From Octopus sinensis (Eukaryota): a stretch of 64,000 nt of DNA. A program made the position numbers and the translations under genes. Under the pieces are notes generated by a model. That model saw only the letters and a list, made by a program, of their open reading frames with translations. It was not told where the DNA came from and did not search any database. This document shows, one piece after another, positions 49,800 through 62,900 of the stretch (its first letter is position 1; each line of letters opens with the position of its first letter). The stretch is taken from NCBI RefSeq assembly GCF_006345805.1, contig NC_042997.1:169756001-169820000 (forward strand), read 5' to 3'.

Positions 49800-49988
49800 A
49801 GCAAGCTGGCAGAAACGTTAGCATGTTCTGGGTTCAAATTCCGCCGAGGTCAACTTTGCCTTTCATCCTTTCAGGGTCGATAAATTAAGTACCAGTTACG
49901 CACTGGGGTCGATGTAATCGACTTAATCCATTTGTCTGTCCTTGTTTGTCCCCTCTGTGTTTAGCCCCTTGTGGGTAGTAAAGAAATA
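49800..49988 (+). mobile_element. Young family-C SINE; further young copies at ~55085-55320 (-) and ~59349-59578 (-)
   Basis: GGTTCAAATTCC B-box, GTCAACTTTGCCTTTCATCCTTTCAGGGTCGATAAATTAAGTACC central domain, ..CCCCTTGTGGGTAGTAAAGAAATA end. Confidence 0.9.
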
Positions 49989-50872
49989 TATATATATATA
50001 CTATTTGGATGAATGTTCCCCACATCTCTGTAATTAAGTACTAAATACCTATATTTTTTGTAGTTAATGCAGAAATAAGCTTCCAGTGAGCTAACATTGT
50101 GGTCAGTTTCCATTACAGGTTGTAACACTTCATTTGCCTTTAATAGTCTTCAGAAAAACATCAACGTCAGGCACTCACATAGTCATATCTTATATCCCTT
50201 GAATATAATAAACCTCTCTTTGTGGTTTTGTAGTCTTTTGCTAATTTTAGTCTCTGAACTGTGGCTGTGCTGGAGCTTAATTTATCAAATCCACCCCAAT
50301 AATTCTTGAGTTTGGTATTTATTCTGTTGTTCTCTTTCTGCCACACCACTAGGTGATGGGGATGTAAACAAATGCTGACTGTCAAGTGATGAAAGATAAA
50401 TGTAAGCTCACACCATACACATGTGATGGACTTCCACACAGTTTTTGCCTACCATATTTACTCACAAGGTATTGGTCAGCCAAAGACTGTAGTAGAAGAC
50501 ACTTGAAGTTAATTCAATATATTGTCTCTGACTCACTCTTGTTTAGTCAGGTAATTTACTACTTAATAAGTTGCAAATATATTACAGCTAACTAAAATTA
50601 ATGTGATTGTTTTTTTGTTTATTTCTCCTCATAAACAATATCTAATTTGTTGTTAATGTCTACTGTGAAAGACAAACTCAGTTACCATCTCATTGTGTTA
50701 TTCCACCTAGGTATGGTTACTTGGTTAAGAAGCTCACTTTGCAACCATGTGGCTTTACTTTCAGTCCCACTGCACAATGGCACCTTGGACAAGTGTCTTC
50801 TACTATAGCCTTCAGTTGATCATTACTTTGTGAGTGAATTCAAGAGAAAGAAATAGTGTGCAAGGCTATCAG

Positions 50873-50931
<59 letters not shown>

Positions 50932-50932
<1 letters not shown>

Positions 50933-51300
50933 GCAGAAAGAAGCACTCCTGCTGATTAGGGTGCACAGTATACACTCGCCCGATGGCCCCACTTCTGAAG
51001 ACAGCATCTTCTTCCCAGCCCTCAATGCATTGCATCTGTTCCATCTATTGTGTGCCCAGATACAGTACATGGGTTTGGGCAAACAGATCACATTGGCATA
51101 ATTTGAAGAAAGCTGTCAAAGTGGCTTCTCATGGATTCAGAACTACGTTTCGAGCATTGTCTTGTGTGAAATATACACGCTGGCCATTTTCAAGATGTAC
51201 AGAGAGATTTTAAGGTGTTCTTACATGTAAACAGCGTGTGACCTTTGTGATGACAGTGCATTTTTCTAAAAGCAGAACAGTTCTTCATGTAACACTTGTT
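50932..51300 (-). mobile_element. Helitron Rep-helicase coding fragment
   Basis: From 51200 downward: VHLENGQRVYFTQDNARNVVLNP*EATLTAFFKLCQCDLFA, then GAIGRVYTVHPNQQECFFL (ORF 51044-50823). Both are conserved Helitron RepHel motifs. Confidence 0.88.
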
Positions 51301-52122
51301 AATTGACTGAAGTGACATGAAAGGCATCATCATTTATGGTATATTCATGAATAAGTCACTAACCGAAATAAGTGGATCTATTGTTTAAGAAAATGTTATT
51401 TTCTTGTTTAAGGGTTGTACTGGATAAATTGCAAAAATAACTCTAACTGTTCAAATACTAAGAAATAAGCATACTCAGTTTGATTTATACCAAAAAATAT
51501 TGCAAAATGAATGGGTTTTTTCCCTTGGTTGTTAAAATTAAATATATTATATATAAGGATCCCTTCCAGGGGCCCTATTATTGACTTTTTCAACAATCTG
51601 AGTATGCCATGAGGTTTCCAGACATAAGTTCTACTCACGTGTCAGGTTTCATCAAAACCGAGAAAACGATGTAGGCCGAGTTAGCTAACAACTCCACAAA
51701 CAAACATACCCACAGGCAGAATTTCCTACATATATAGTAGATGTATATACAAAGGGTTTCGTTCAGTTTCCATCTACCAAATCCGCTCACAAGGCTTGAG
51801 AAAGTCTCTTTAGGCTTCTTGTCGTACAAAATGATTTACAACAGCAATTCCTAATCAAAGATATTTCGTCTTTAAAGAAATATTTATTGTGTTAATTAAA
51901 TATATTCATTAAATTGTGTATGTGTATATATATATATACACACACAAAGGGACATTCACAATTAGTTACATGCATTTACACACATGCATATCATCATATA
52001 TGCATACATACACCTATGCACACACACTTACACATATATATTCACATATATATGCATATACATAAAAGCATTGATCAGTATTCATGCTGACATATATGTT
52101 TCTTGTACATATACTTACATAC

Positions 52123-52215
52123 AGTCTCTACAAATTTAAAGACAATGCCACTCATACCCAGCGAATAACCATGGAATCCCACCTTATTAATAAATACAGA
52201 CCACTTCTAAACACA
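52123..52215 (+). mobile_element. Penelope-like element GIY-YIG endonuclease C-terminal remnant
   Basis: SLYKFKDNATHTQRITMESHLINKYRPLLN, resembling the PLE end motif (P)FYK...R...E...I....P.LN. Confidence 0.5.
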
Positions 52216-53139
52216 TCCCCCTAACACGAACCCACAACAAACACACTTACACCTGCACACACCCTACACACACTTTTACCCAGATATTAACACCATGACA
52301 CACGCAAATATATGGTTCCACACATACACATAATTTGATACAGGTGCAAAACATCCAACACTACTTTTTGGAAATGACTGTAAATATTGACTTCACACAA
52401 ACACGTTGCTTCCCGATACAGGCACAAGGCCAGCAGAACTATAAATATTGAAAATTGTACCCACACACGCACACATATATACATGCGCGCCCCAACATAC
52501 ATATAAACACACACACACACACGCGCGCACACATACATACATATAGCTCTTCCTGTCCTAAACGAACTTACTTATCCAGCTCAAATTCAGTCAAGCGGAA
52601 AATACACTCCTTAACTAAAAAGCTATTTAAAATATCCACATGACATCTACTAACCAGCCTGAACAGTAAGAATTTTCAACAATGCTATTTTCAAAAACTC
52701 CATACACCACCCACATCAACATTCATTCTAAATATTCACATCATGACCTCTTTATTATGACCAATAAGAAATTTTAGGCACGACACTAGCCAAATTTTAA
52801 CTTCTCTGGAGCCTATTTTCTTACCCCAAAACCAACTTCCATTCAAACATTCACATGACCAATCAAAATTGTATTGACCATTGTCCACAAGAAATTTTAG
52901 GCGCGAAACCAAGCAAATCTTAAACAACTCTGGAGCCTCTTTTTTCACATATAAGAGACAGCAAACCCAACATAAAGTCAGATAAGAGAAAAAAATCTAT
53001 CAGAAAGGAACTCTATCTCTCTTAGAAAAATATCTTTTGATAAGCATAACAAATGCGCAACTGGTAAAAAGAACTTTCACCTAATTAAATACACTCTCCC
53101 TTACTTAAATTATTTTGTCAGCATTTTCTTCATTTCCTT

Positions 53140-53194
<55 letters not shown>

Positions 53195-53211
53195 CATACA
53201 TACATACATAC

Positions 53212-53252
<41 letters not shown>

Positions 53253-54599
53253 TCATCATCATGACTGGGCTGGCGTGCTGGAAGGCTGCACTGACTCCAA
53301 TTTGGTTTGGCATGGTTTTCTATGGCTGGATGCCCTTCTTAACGCCAACCACTCCGAGAGTGTAATAGATGCTTTTACATACCACTGGCACAGGTGCCAA
53401 TTTTCATGACACCGGCATCTGTCACAACTGCAATTCTGTTTGGCTTGATGGGTCTTCTTCTCAAGCATGACATAATGCCAAAGGTCTTGGTCATTGCCTC
53501 CGTGATGCCCATCGCTCAAAAGGAACTCAGTCACCTTTCGTCTGTAGGACCCAATACTGAGGCAAAGAAACCCGGCCACTTTGCTTCCGTTGTGTGTGTA
53601 TGTATATATATATAATATAATATAATAAATGCGAAAACTAATTTCTGTGTATCAGTGTGTCACACTTTTACCCCCTCTCTCACTGTTTAATGACACTTTT
53701 ACTATTCCTCATGCTGAGATTAATATTAGAGACAGTGAGGGCAGTAACAAAGACAGAGAGAGAGAGAAAGAGAGACAAAGAAATTGAGAGAGAGAGTTGA
53801 TGATGTTTCATTAAAAGTAGTAGTGTTGATGGTGGCAGTGGGAGTAATAATTAGAGAAAGAGGAAGATGATGTACGACTTTGTTTAACAATGTCTCATTG
53901 ACAGAAATTTCTGTGGCCAACATACTGAACTAGCATACTGAACACTATCATTTTTGCTTTATTTTTTGCTTTCTTTAATGTATATATATATATATATAAC
54001 ATTGGGATATTCCAATATTCCAACTTAACATATTTTTCTAACTAGTAAATATTGTTTGTTCATACAAAACATGAAATTGAAAAAAAACCCGGCTTAATTA
54101 TTTTTTTATACAAAACTTTCTGACACCTTAAGGAAAGAGAAAAATATACACTATTACTGTTGTTTCTGCCCCAATATTTATAACATGATACTCATTTCTA
54201 TAACAATTTGAAAAAACATGAAATTAAAAAAAACATGACTTTATTTTTCAATGCAAAACATCGAAATTACACAGTGTAGACATATTTCCAAACACATTAA
54301 CTCACAGGCACACATACACGTGCATGTACACACACACAAACACACGTGTATATATGTATGTTATGTATATATATATATGTAATTTTTCATAGAACTTCTT
54401 ATCTTCTTTCTTAGCCCCTTAAGGGACAAAAAAGCTTTTAGTGATGACTGCATCCTTAGTTTTTTTCTTTATTTTCCCCATCCTAAAAGAGGCCACCATC
54501 ATTGAACTCTTGTTCAATAGCTATACAATGGTAAAAAATTAACTAAATAAATAAATGGTAAAAAACATTCCAAATTGAAAAGAAATCCCTCTCCCCTCC

Positions 54600-54690
54600 C
54601 TCTCTCTACCTATCTGTCTGTCTATCCATCTATCTATCTACCTATCCATCTACCTATCTATCTATCTATTTATCTATCTATCTATCTCCA
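54600..54690. repeat. (ATCT)n microsatellite
   Basis: Direct reading. Confidence 0.9.
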
Positions 54691-54933
54691 TTGTCCTGGA
54701 ACCTCATCCTCAAAAACAAAAAAACAAAAACACTGTTCTCTTCTAAACAAAACAAAAAAACACCTTGTTTATATAAATGAACAAACTGTTTGCACATTCA
54801 CAATTTTATTTGACAAGTTCAAAGACGAACAAAAGGGCTAATAATAATGACTAAATGAAAAAATTATTTTTCCAAATTCTGGTGACCTTCTTTTCTCAAT
54901 ATTCAATATCTGTACACCACTACTGACACTCTT

Positions 54934-54964
<31 letters not shown>

Positions 54965-55404
54965 GCAAAATGCATTTTAATTGAAATAAAGTTTCCCCAA
55001 AATTAATTATCCATATCTTCTATTCCATCTATTCTATAATAATAGATACGAAAGTGAAAGTTGGTGTGTTGATGAAAACTGTTATTTATTTATTTCTTTA
55101 TTGCCCACAAGGGGCTAAACATAGAGGGGACAAACAAGGACAGACAAAGGGATTAAGTCAATTACATCAACCCCAGTGCGTAACTGATACTTAATTTATC
55201 GACCCCAAAAGGATGAAAGGCAAAGTCGACCTCGGCGGAATTTGAACTCAGAACATAATAGCAGACAAAATACGGCTAAGCATTTCGCCCAGCGTGCTAA
55301 CATTTCTGCCAGCTCGCCACCTTACTGTTAATTATTTGTAAAATCTAAAGTGTCTTGAATGGCCCAACAATGCAGAGTGGACTATAATAACTGTTATAAT
55401 TTAA

Positions 55405-55543
55405 TTATCCATAGCCTTATATAATAATAAAATTTCGGAATACAAACATTCCTTCTTCAGATATCATTCAATTCTTATCCATAGCCTTATATAATAATAA
55501 TATTTCGGAATACAAACATTCCTTCTTCAGATATCATTCAATT
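55405..55543 (-). ncRNA. 70-bp tandem duplication, each unit holding a hammerhead-like core
   Basis: Units start at 55405 and 55475. Minus strand GATAT-CTGAAGA-A-GGAAT-GTTTGT-ATTCC-GAAA-TA-TT (cores 55530-55524 and 55460-55454). 5-bp stem II; stem I pairs only ~2 bp. Confidence 0.55.
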
Positions 55544-56144
55544 TTAATAGCAACTTGGTTTTGTAATCGCTATCTCTGAAAGGTTTCAGTTTACTCTCTA
55601 GTACACACATGCACATGCACAAATGGACACGCATTGTTTAAAACTAAACTATGACAGTATGTGTATGTTGATTAGAACAAATAAACAGATGGGAAGAAAG
55701 TATTTAATATACTATAGGTGAGTAATCTTGCTACAAACATGCCAAGGAAATTAAATACCTCATAGGTATGTGCATACCATGTCTATTTACAGCTTCTCTC
55801 TCTCTCTCTGTAATTTGTCTTTATATGACCTTGTGTGACAGTCACCTTATGTTTACTTCACTGTAACTTGGCAGTTTGCAAAATAGAGACTAATAGAATA
55901 AGTAATATCATCATCATCATTTGTTTTAATGTTCACTTTTCCATGATTGCATGGGTCAGATGGAATTCTTTGAGGTAGATTTTTCTATGACCAGATACCT
56001 TCCTATTGCCAACACTCACCTGTTTCCAAGTAATGCTATATTTCTCTATGGCTGGACATGTTTTCATGGAAGACTGGAAATAAAAGAAACTACTTGTATA
56101 CAGTGATGCTCGTTTTACAACTCTCATGTAATGTCAAGACAAAG

Positions 56145-56175
<31 letters not shown>

Positions 56176-56480
56176 ACATAATGACACTTCTTTCAATTTC
56201 CTTCTATCAAATTCACTCACAAGGCTTTGGTTAGCCCAGGGCTATCATAAGAGATACTTGCCTGAGGTGCCATGCAAAGGGGTTGAACCCAAACCTTATG
56301 GTTTGGAAACAAAATTCTTTACTATGCAGTCATGCCTGCTACCAGACTTTAAAAATATAAGTTCCTGGTTCATTTGACTAAACCCTTTCAATGTGTGCCC
56401 CACCATGGTTACAGTCTAATGCCAAAAGCTAGTAAAAGAAGAATAAAACAAATTCTACATGCAAAATTTCAGAAACTTCC

Positions 56481-56997
56481 TGTCTGATTGACATTTCAAG
56501 TTATTGTTACTCAACCCCAAATCATCTTTGATTCATTAGATTTAGAACCTGGGGAATTACAACCGTGTTTTGTGGTCTGCTACCACAACAGCTCCTTTAT
56601 AGGATCCAGTAGCTCAAGACATCATCAGGAGGAACCACGTCCGGTTTTGGCCCCTACTCCTCTACCGTTTTGACATGGCAGGGCCCCCCATTTCGGAGGT
56701 GTCTTCAGCTCTGGTGTTGGGTGCATGTCTTCTTTCTTCTGTTCCCTGGCCTCTTCGATGTATCGCCAGCGAGTGTCAGCCGGTGACTGACTGTCTTGTC
56801 AAATTTCTCCCTTTAAATACCTGCCACATAACTCCAGCAGGCAGCCCCAGCAAGTTGTCACATGACACTGTCTCACCTTAACTGACTAGTGAAGGCGCGT
56901 AGTTTTAGCCCACGCTTTTTCTAAATGACCATCACCTGATTCAGTCAGCTTGTCTCACCTAATGATGTTATTTCTCGTCAATGTGTTTTAGGTGACA
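56481..56997 (-). mobile_element. Possible solo LTR (GC-richer block)
   Basis: TGTC...GACA ends, TATTTAAA box on the minus strand near 56815, CpG-rich relative to the flanks. No TSD found. Confidence 0.25.
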
Positions 56998-57274
56998 ACT
57001 GTTTTACTTTTACTTTCTTTTACACAGTTTATATAAGACTACATTATCCAATTTTTTTAAGATAGTGTAATTTGGGGATAGTGTAATTAGCTGTTATTTC
57101 TTTAGGAAGATTGAGGTTTCCTCATGGGTTTGTTGTCAATATTGTTGTTTAACCCACTCCTCCAAAACTATGCAGCGTTTACTCAGCAATACAGTTCTTG
57201 GAACACCACTATCCAGTCTGCAAAAAACACCATCCTTTACTGTACATCTCTCCATTAACTCTTCTACCTCTTAA

Positions 57275-57495
57275 CCCTTTAACATTTTAACCAGCCATAT
57301 CCAACCAAAATAATCGACCTGTTTTATCTTTAAACTGACCAGATCTGGCTTTTCACACTTACCCTACAATATTATTCTAAAATTAGACAATCACATCATT
57401 GAAATCTTGAAACTACAAGGTAATGCATGACAAATTCAAATCAATATCAATTAAATAAGCTTTAAATTTGATAGAGAAATCTGAATGCTAAAGGG
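57275..57495. mobile_element. piggyBac-type MITE (221 bp)
   Basis: TTAA (57271-74) CCCTTTAACATT ... AATGCTAAAGGG TTAA (57496-99). Confidence 0.85.
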
Positions 57496-57504
57496 TTAAA
57501 CTAC

Positions 57505-58050
57505 AGCTGATTCTTAAGGTCCCTTGTTGAAAAATCTCCACCAACTTTGAAGAATCCTCTACTTCTCATCAACAATGACAGTAACTCCTCCTTTGCATTC
57601 AACTCCACACTACACTTATTAGACAAATTTTCTCAAAATCTAATGCCTTCGAAACAACAAGACTACTGTACCTGATAATATTCCTTCATCACCCTCAAAC
57701 ATTGTGCTCCAGAATTTACCTCTATATTCTCTAAACTCTTGAATCTCTTACTCTATACAGAGATATGTTGTGATTTTTGGAAAGATACTACTGTTTTTCC
57801 CATTCCTAACTTTCCAAAGAAGATAACCTCTCTGACTCTTCTAATTATTACTCTATTGCACTCATTTGCACTATCTCAAAGCAATAGAGACAGCTATTGA
57901 TACCTTGAATCTTTCCCTTGCTCTCTCCGCTCTCTCCATCTCTCACTTTAATGGCCATTAGTACAGCTTCTGTAGTGTCAGATCCACTGGAAACCTATTC
58001 CCCTATGTCACCCATCTGTAAGCTCTCTCTTTGGAGAAATTTTTGTGTAG
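57505..58050 (+). mobile_element. CR1-like LINE relic (RT N-terminal region)
   Basis: LKHCAPEF near 57694-57717; homologous to 33730-34140. Confidence 0.6.
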
Positions 58051-58390
58051 CCCCAGATCAGCTCTCATTCATGTAAGCAAAAGTGTTCCAATAGTGGCCA
58101 TCCCTTTTTTTTTCAGGTATAGCATGCAAGAATTACATAATCTAGTACATGTAATCAACTAACACTGTCTCCTAAAATCGCTGGCCTTGATAGCTAAATG
58201 AGAAAATAATTGTTTTTGAATAGAGCTAGCATTATAGGCATGGTTGTGTGGTTACAAGTTTGCTTCCTTACCACATAGTTCCAGATTCAGTCCCACTGTG
58301 TGGCATCTTGAGCAAGTGTCTCCTACTATAGCCCTGGGCTGATCAAAGCCTTTAAGTAAATTTGGTAGATGGAAACTGAAAAAAGCCTGT

Positions 58391-58421
<31 letters not shown>

Positions 58422-59689
58422 ATATCTTTCTGTTAGTACTCCACCACCACTTGACAACCAGTGTTGGTTTGTTTACATCCCCATAACTTCGCAGTTCAGC
58501 AAAGGATACTGATAGAATAAGTACCAAGTTTTTTAAAAATAAGCAACTGGGTCAATGTGTTTGACTAAAATCCCTTTGAAGTGCATAGTCATAGTCCAAT
58601 GACTGAAACTAGTAAAACATAAAAATAAAAATATATCATAGAAATAAGAGAAAATTTCCACTATTTCTTGTTTTCTTTCAGTAAACTAGGTTTCATTTTA
58701 ATTGATCTCTTGTGTTCTGCAAAAGCAAAGTTTGGACAGTAACTGAAACACCAGCAGAAGAGATAACACCATTGCTCTCTTTTATTTATTCACTTATTTT
58801 CCAGTAAATAAATAATGAATAGCTAATTGCAAAAGTTGATAGTATGTTACACTCTTAGCTGACAGCATTTTATATTTGAATAGATTAATTTTGCTGGAGA
58901 TGTTCTGAGGAGAGCAATATACCACTGGCTACCCTTCTGGATTTCAAAAATAAGTCTATAGAGCCTTATTATGCTGGTGGAGTATTGTAAAAGAATATTT
59001 TATGACATGGTTAATGGCAGATCTAACCTGATTCAGTGATAGATTTAATGATGTTGCAGACCTTATCATGGGTAGGGATCAGTGGTGAGTATAGATTGGC
59101 GAGTGTTAGGTTCACAACATCACTTATTTTGGAAGAGGATGTTGGAGATTAGATCACTTTGGTATGCTGTATAGATCTTTAGTCTTGTCATATCAGTAAA
59201 TATATATTCATATTTTAGGCAACATCATCTCATCAGCAGCAGAAAAGATGCTTAAAAGAAAAAAATTTTTAATGAGTCAACAAAGTGCCTTTATGTAGTT
59301 GTTTGGCCTGCTTGAAATGGCAGGCAAGTCTCACATAACACCATACCTATTTCTTTACTACCCACAAGGGGCTAAACACAGAGGGGACAAACAAGGACAG
59401 ACACATGGGTTAAGTTGATTACATCGACCCCAGTGCGTAACTGGTACTTATTTAATCGACCCCTAAAGGATGAAAGGCAAAGTCGACCTCGGTGGAATTT
59501 GAACTCAGAACGTAACTGCAGACAAAATACCACTAAGCATTTCACCCGGTGTGCTAACGTTTCTGCCAGCTCACCGCCTCACATAACACCTTGCCATCTT
59601 GAAAAAAAATGGAAATGACAAACTGGCAAAGTGTATGTAATGCCTGAAATAAGAGGTAGGAGATTAATAACTGGAATACCTTTGATTAA

Positions 59690-59909
59690 CCCTTTAGCAT
59701 TTAAAGTGACAGCATCTGGCCAAAATATTCTACCTGTTTCATGTTCAAACTGGCCAGATCTAACCTCTCACACTTACCCTGCAATGTTTTTCTAATCATA
59801 AACAATAATATCATTTAACTCTCAAATCTACAAGATAATGCATGGTTAATTCAAAACAATGTGAATAAATAAACCTTACACCTAAGAAAGTAATCTGCGT
59901 GTGAGAGGG
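59690..59909. mobile_element. piggyBac-type MITE (220 bp), same family as 57275
   Basis: TTAA (59686-89) CCCTTTAGCATT ... GAGAGGG TTAA (59910-13); internal sequence is collinear with 57275-57495. Confidence 0.82.
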
Positions 59910-62900
59910 TTAAAGGCCTGCTTGATCAACCCTGACTAGAAGCTATACAACATACTACCCAAAATACTCATGAATTACAATTATATTTATCTATAACTTC
60001 CTTCTGTACGAACAACTGTGCATCTCACTCAGCTTACTTCTCACAGTTGTACAGTGATTTTTATTTTAAGTACCAAGAAATCATTTTCCTTTAAAACCAT
60101 TATATTTTCAGTTTCCATCTAAATTTTACTTTCATTTTCTTCCATGTAACTCTAGACTTGTAGGTTGAGATAAAAACAAAATTAACATTATAAGAAATTT
60201 TTAATTTTATAAGGTAAAATTCTGAATTTAAGGAGGGTGATTGTAGTCTGCTTAGCAAAAGTTATTTGATATGAATTTGTGGAGAAAAAATTGCAGGGAG
60301 TTGATTTACCATGTGGAGCGAAAAATACATTTCCCCTATTTTCATGTCTTTTTGCAACAACAATAGTATTAGACTCTATATTATTTCCTTCTAATGTTTA
60401 CTATTGAATTGTATTACATATAAAATAAAGAAAGAAAACGTTCAAATAAATTGTGTGTGTGTGTGTGTGTGTTGATAAATCAGTTCTTCTCGACTGAATT
60501 CTGCTTTTAAATTGTTTCAAACATCTTTCCTTTCTATAAAGAAAAATACCCATACATCATCATCATAAGTCTGCATTAAATAGACAAGTAGTTGTTTATT
60601 GTTGATAGCATTTTTAAAATGGTAACATTTGCAGAGATAATTGTGTTCCTTCTCTGTATAAATTCTTATTTTCCTTCAATTTCAAAAATGTATTGTTTGC
60701 TTTATCATTATTTGTTCTGTCACTCTCCACTTCAGCATTATGTATTATTATGACATATTTCTTTCCTTTTCTTGTCTGTTTCTCTCCTATCTCATCTCTT
60801 TCTCTCTCATCTCTCACCCTCTTTCTCCTTGTCATTAATTTCAAACATATTTCATGAGAGAATACTTAGTACAAAACAAGAATAAATGTATATAGCAAGG
60901 GAGGGCAGTACTGAGGGATGTTAACATGATCAGAGCATTCAACTTAGTGCTGATTGCATCTACAAAAGGAACCTACATATATAATTCCAATACATAAAAA
61001 AAAAACATTGTTATATAAGATGAGATCTAATATTGGTATTGTCAGTTTTAGTGATACACACTATTGTGATCACCTCCCATTTATCATAATATATTATTCT
61101 TTATGTCAGCTTGTGAAAAGAGAAGCATGGTGTCTATATGACTTTAACAGTGTAAATAGTTATGAACAAGATCTATAGTATAAAGGTGTTTATGTGAGAT
61201 TACTTTGAACTGTGGCCATGTCCTTTTTAATAGAAGTAATAACAGAACTTTCTTTATAGGTTTCTTATTTCTGTTGACAGATAATTGCTTTCAACCAGAT
61301 TCTGTTGAAATGAGAAGATGAAGGGATTGTATGAAATTAGGACAGTTGATGACAAAGAGATGCTCAGAGTTAGATTATTGAGAAAATATACAAGATACAG
61401 ATAGGTTTTAAAGGGCATGAGCGCTCAGAATTTGGTTTGTGTGAAACTACTCAAGTGGCAAGTTTTACAGATAGTCTCAAGTAAAACTAAGTTGCTGGTC
61501 CAAACAGTAAAATTCATAAGATCCCATGGAAGAGGTAAAAAAAAATTACAGATAATCAAATGAATTGAGGTTTGAATGTTTTCAATTTAGTGAAATATTG
61601 TGATTGTTGTTTAATAAATATTTAGTATTTTAGCCTAGTGTACCACACTTATCATTTTCTCATACAAATGTAAGCTTTGTGGAATAGAGTATTTCTGTCA
61701 AAGCTGTTTTTACATTTGCTTATGTTGAAAAGTTTCACCAGTGTCCAAAAGAGAATGGGTGAGATGAATTTGTTTCCTGCAGATTTCCCTAAGTTTTGGG
61801 CCACAGCATAGTCCAAAACTTGAGAAGCTTGCTTAATAGTCATGAAATTCTGGGTTTGAGCCTACAGCTTAACATCTTGGGCAAATGTCATTTTCTGTAG
61901 TCTTGGATCGATCCATAACATGTGAGTGACATTGGACTGACTGATCCTGTATAAAAGCCCATCGGGTGGATTGTTCCTGTAATTCTTAAAGGTACAGCTT
62001 TATCAAACAGTGTCACCAATTCTACATGACAATTATGTTAAAAGTACATGTGCCTGTGAACTGCTCAACCACCTACACCATTCAGGAGCAGGTAATTCAG
62101 TTGATTGAACTGAAACTTCATCACCAAATGATGGAGATCCACCATAATGTCTGTGTGCATGTGCATGTGTATCTGCACAAAAAAAGGAAGAAATTATTTT
62201 TAAAATGGTGTTTTAATATCCCTCTGGTATATTCTTGGTATGCTAAATGTTTAGACATGTTGCAGAGGTTGTGTAGATTGGTGTAGCTTGCTGCCCTGTG
62301 AGCTGTGTTTATCACTCAGTCATATAGTGTTCTTATGAAAATTGCCTTGGATGTAATTCCAAATTAGAACGCATCAGTGGAGATCATTGGAATAACTATC
62401 AATAATGGGTTTGGCAATCAGGAGGTCACAGTTATTATGAACAGAAACGATGTGGTGAATGAAATCATTTCTGATTTAGGCAATAAACTCTGTGTAATTC
62501 AGAGGAAAGAACTTTTTTACTACCTTTGATCAGTGTATATCATGGACATATTGCTGCTTGAATTCTTTGGAACAAAATAAGCCACAAATAGAAACTACCT
62601 GAATATGCTATTTTTTTTTTTTTGTTTTTTGCTGCATATCAGTTCGGTTTGAACTCCAGCATTCATTGAAAAATCTAGATTTGGTTATGCATGCTAACCT
62701 TATTTTGTTGTAAGATTTAAAATTTAAGGTATACTGTTGAAATAGATTTGGTTGGTATATGAAGTCTGACATGTAGTTATGTAAGGGTTTCCCTTTTTAA
62801 TGTTTTGTACATAGGAAAGAAGTTTGTATGTATCTCTTTGCTAAGAAATTTGCTAATTCTAAGAGCAGCAGTTTTAGTTGTACTTCATGGAGAATACCTA

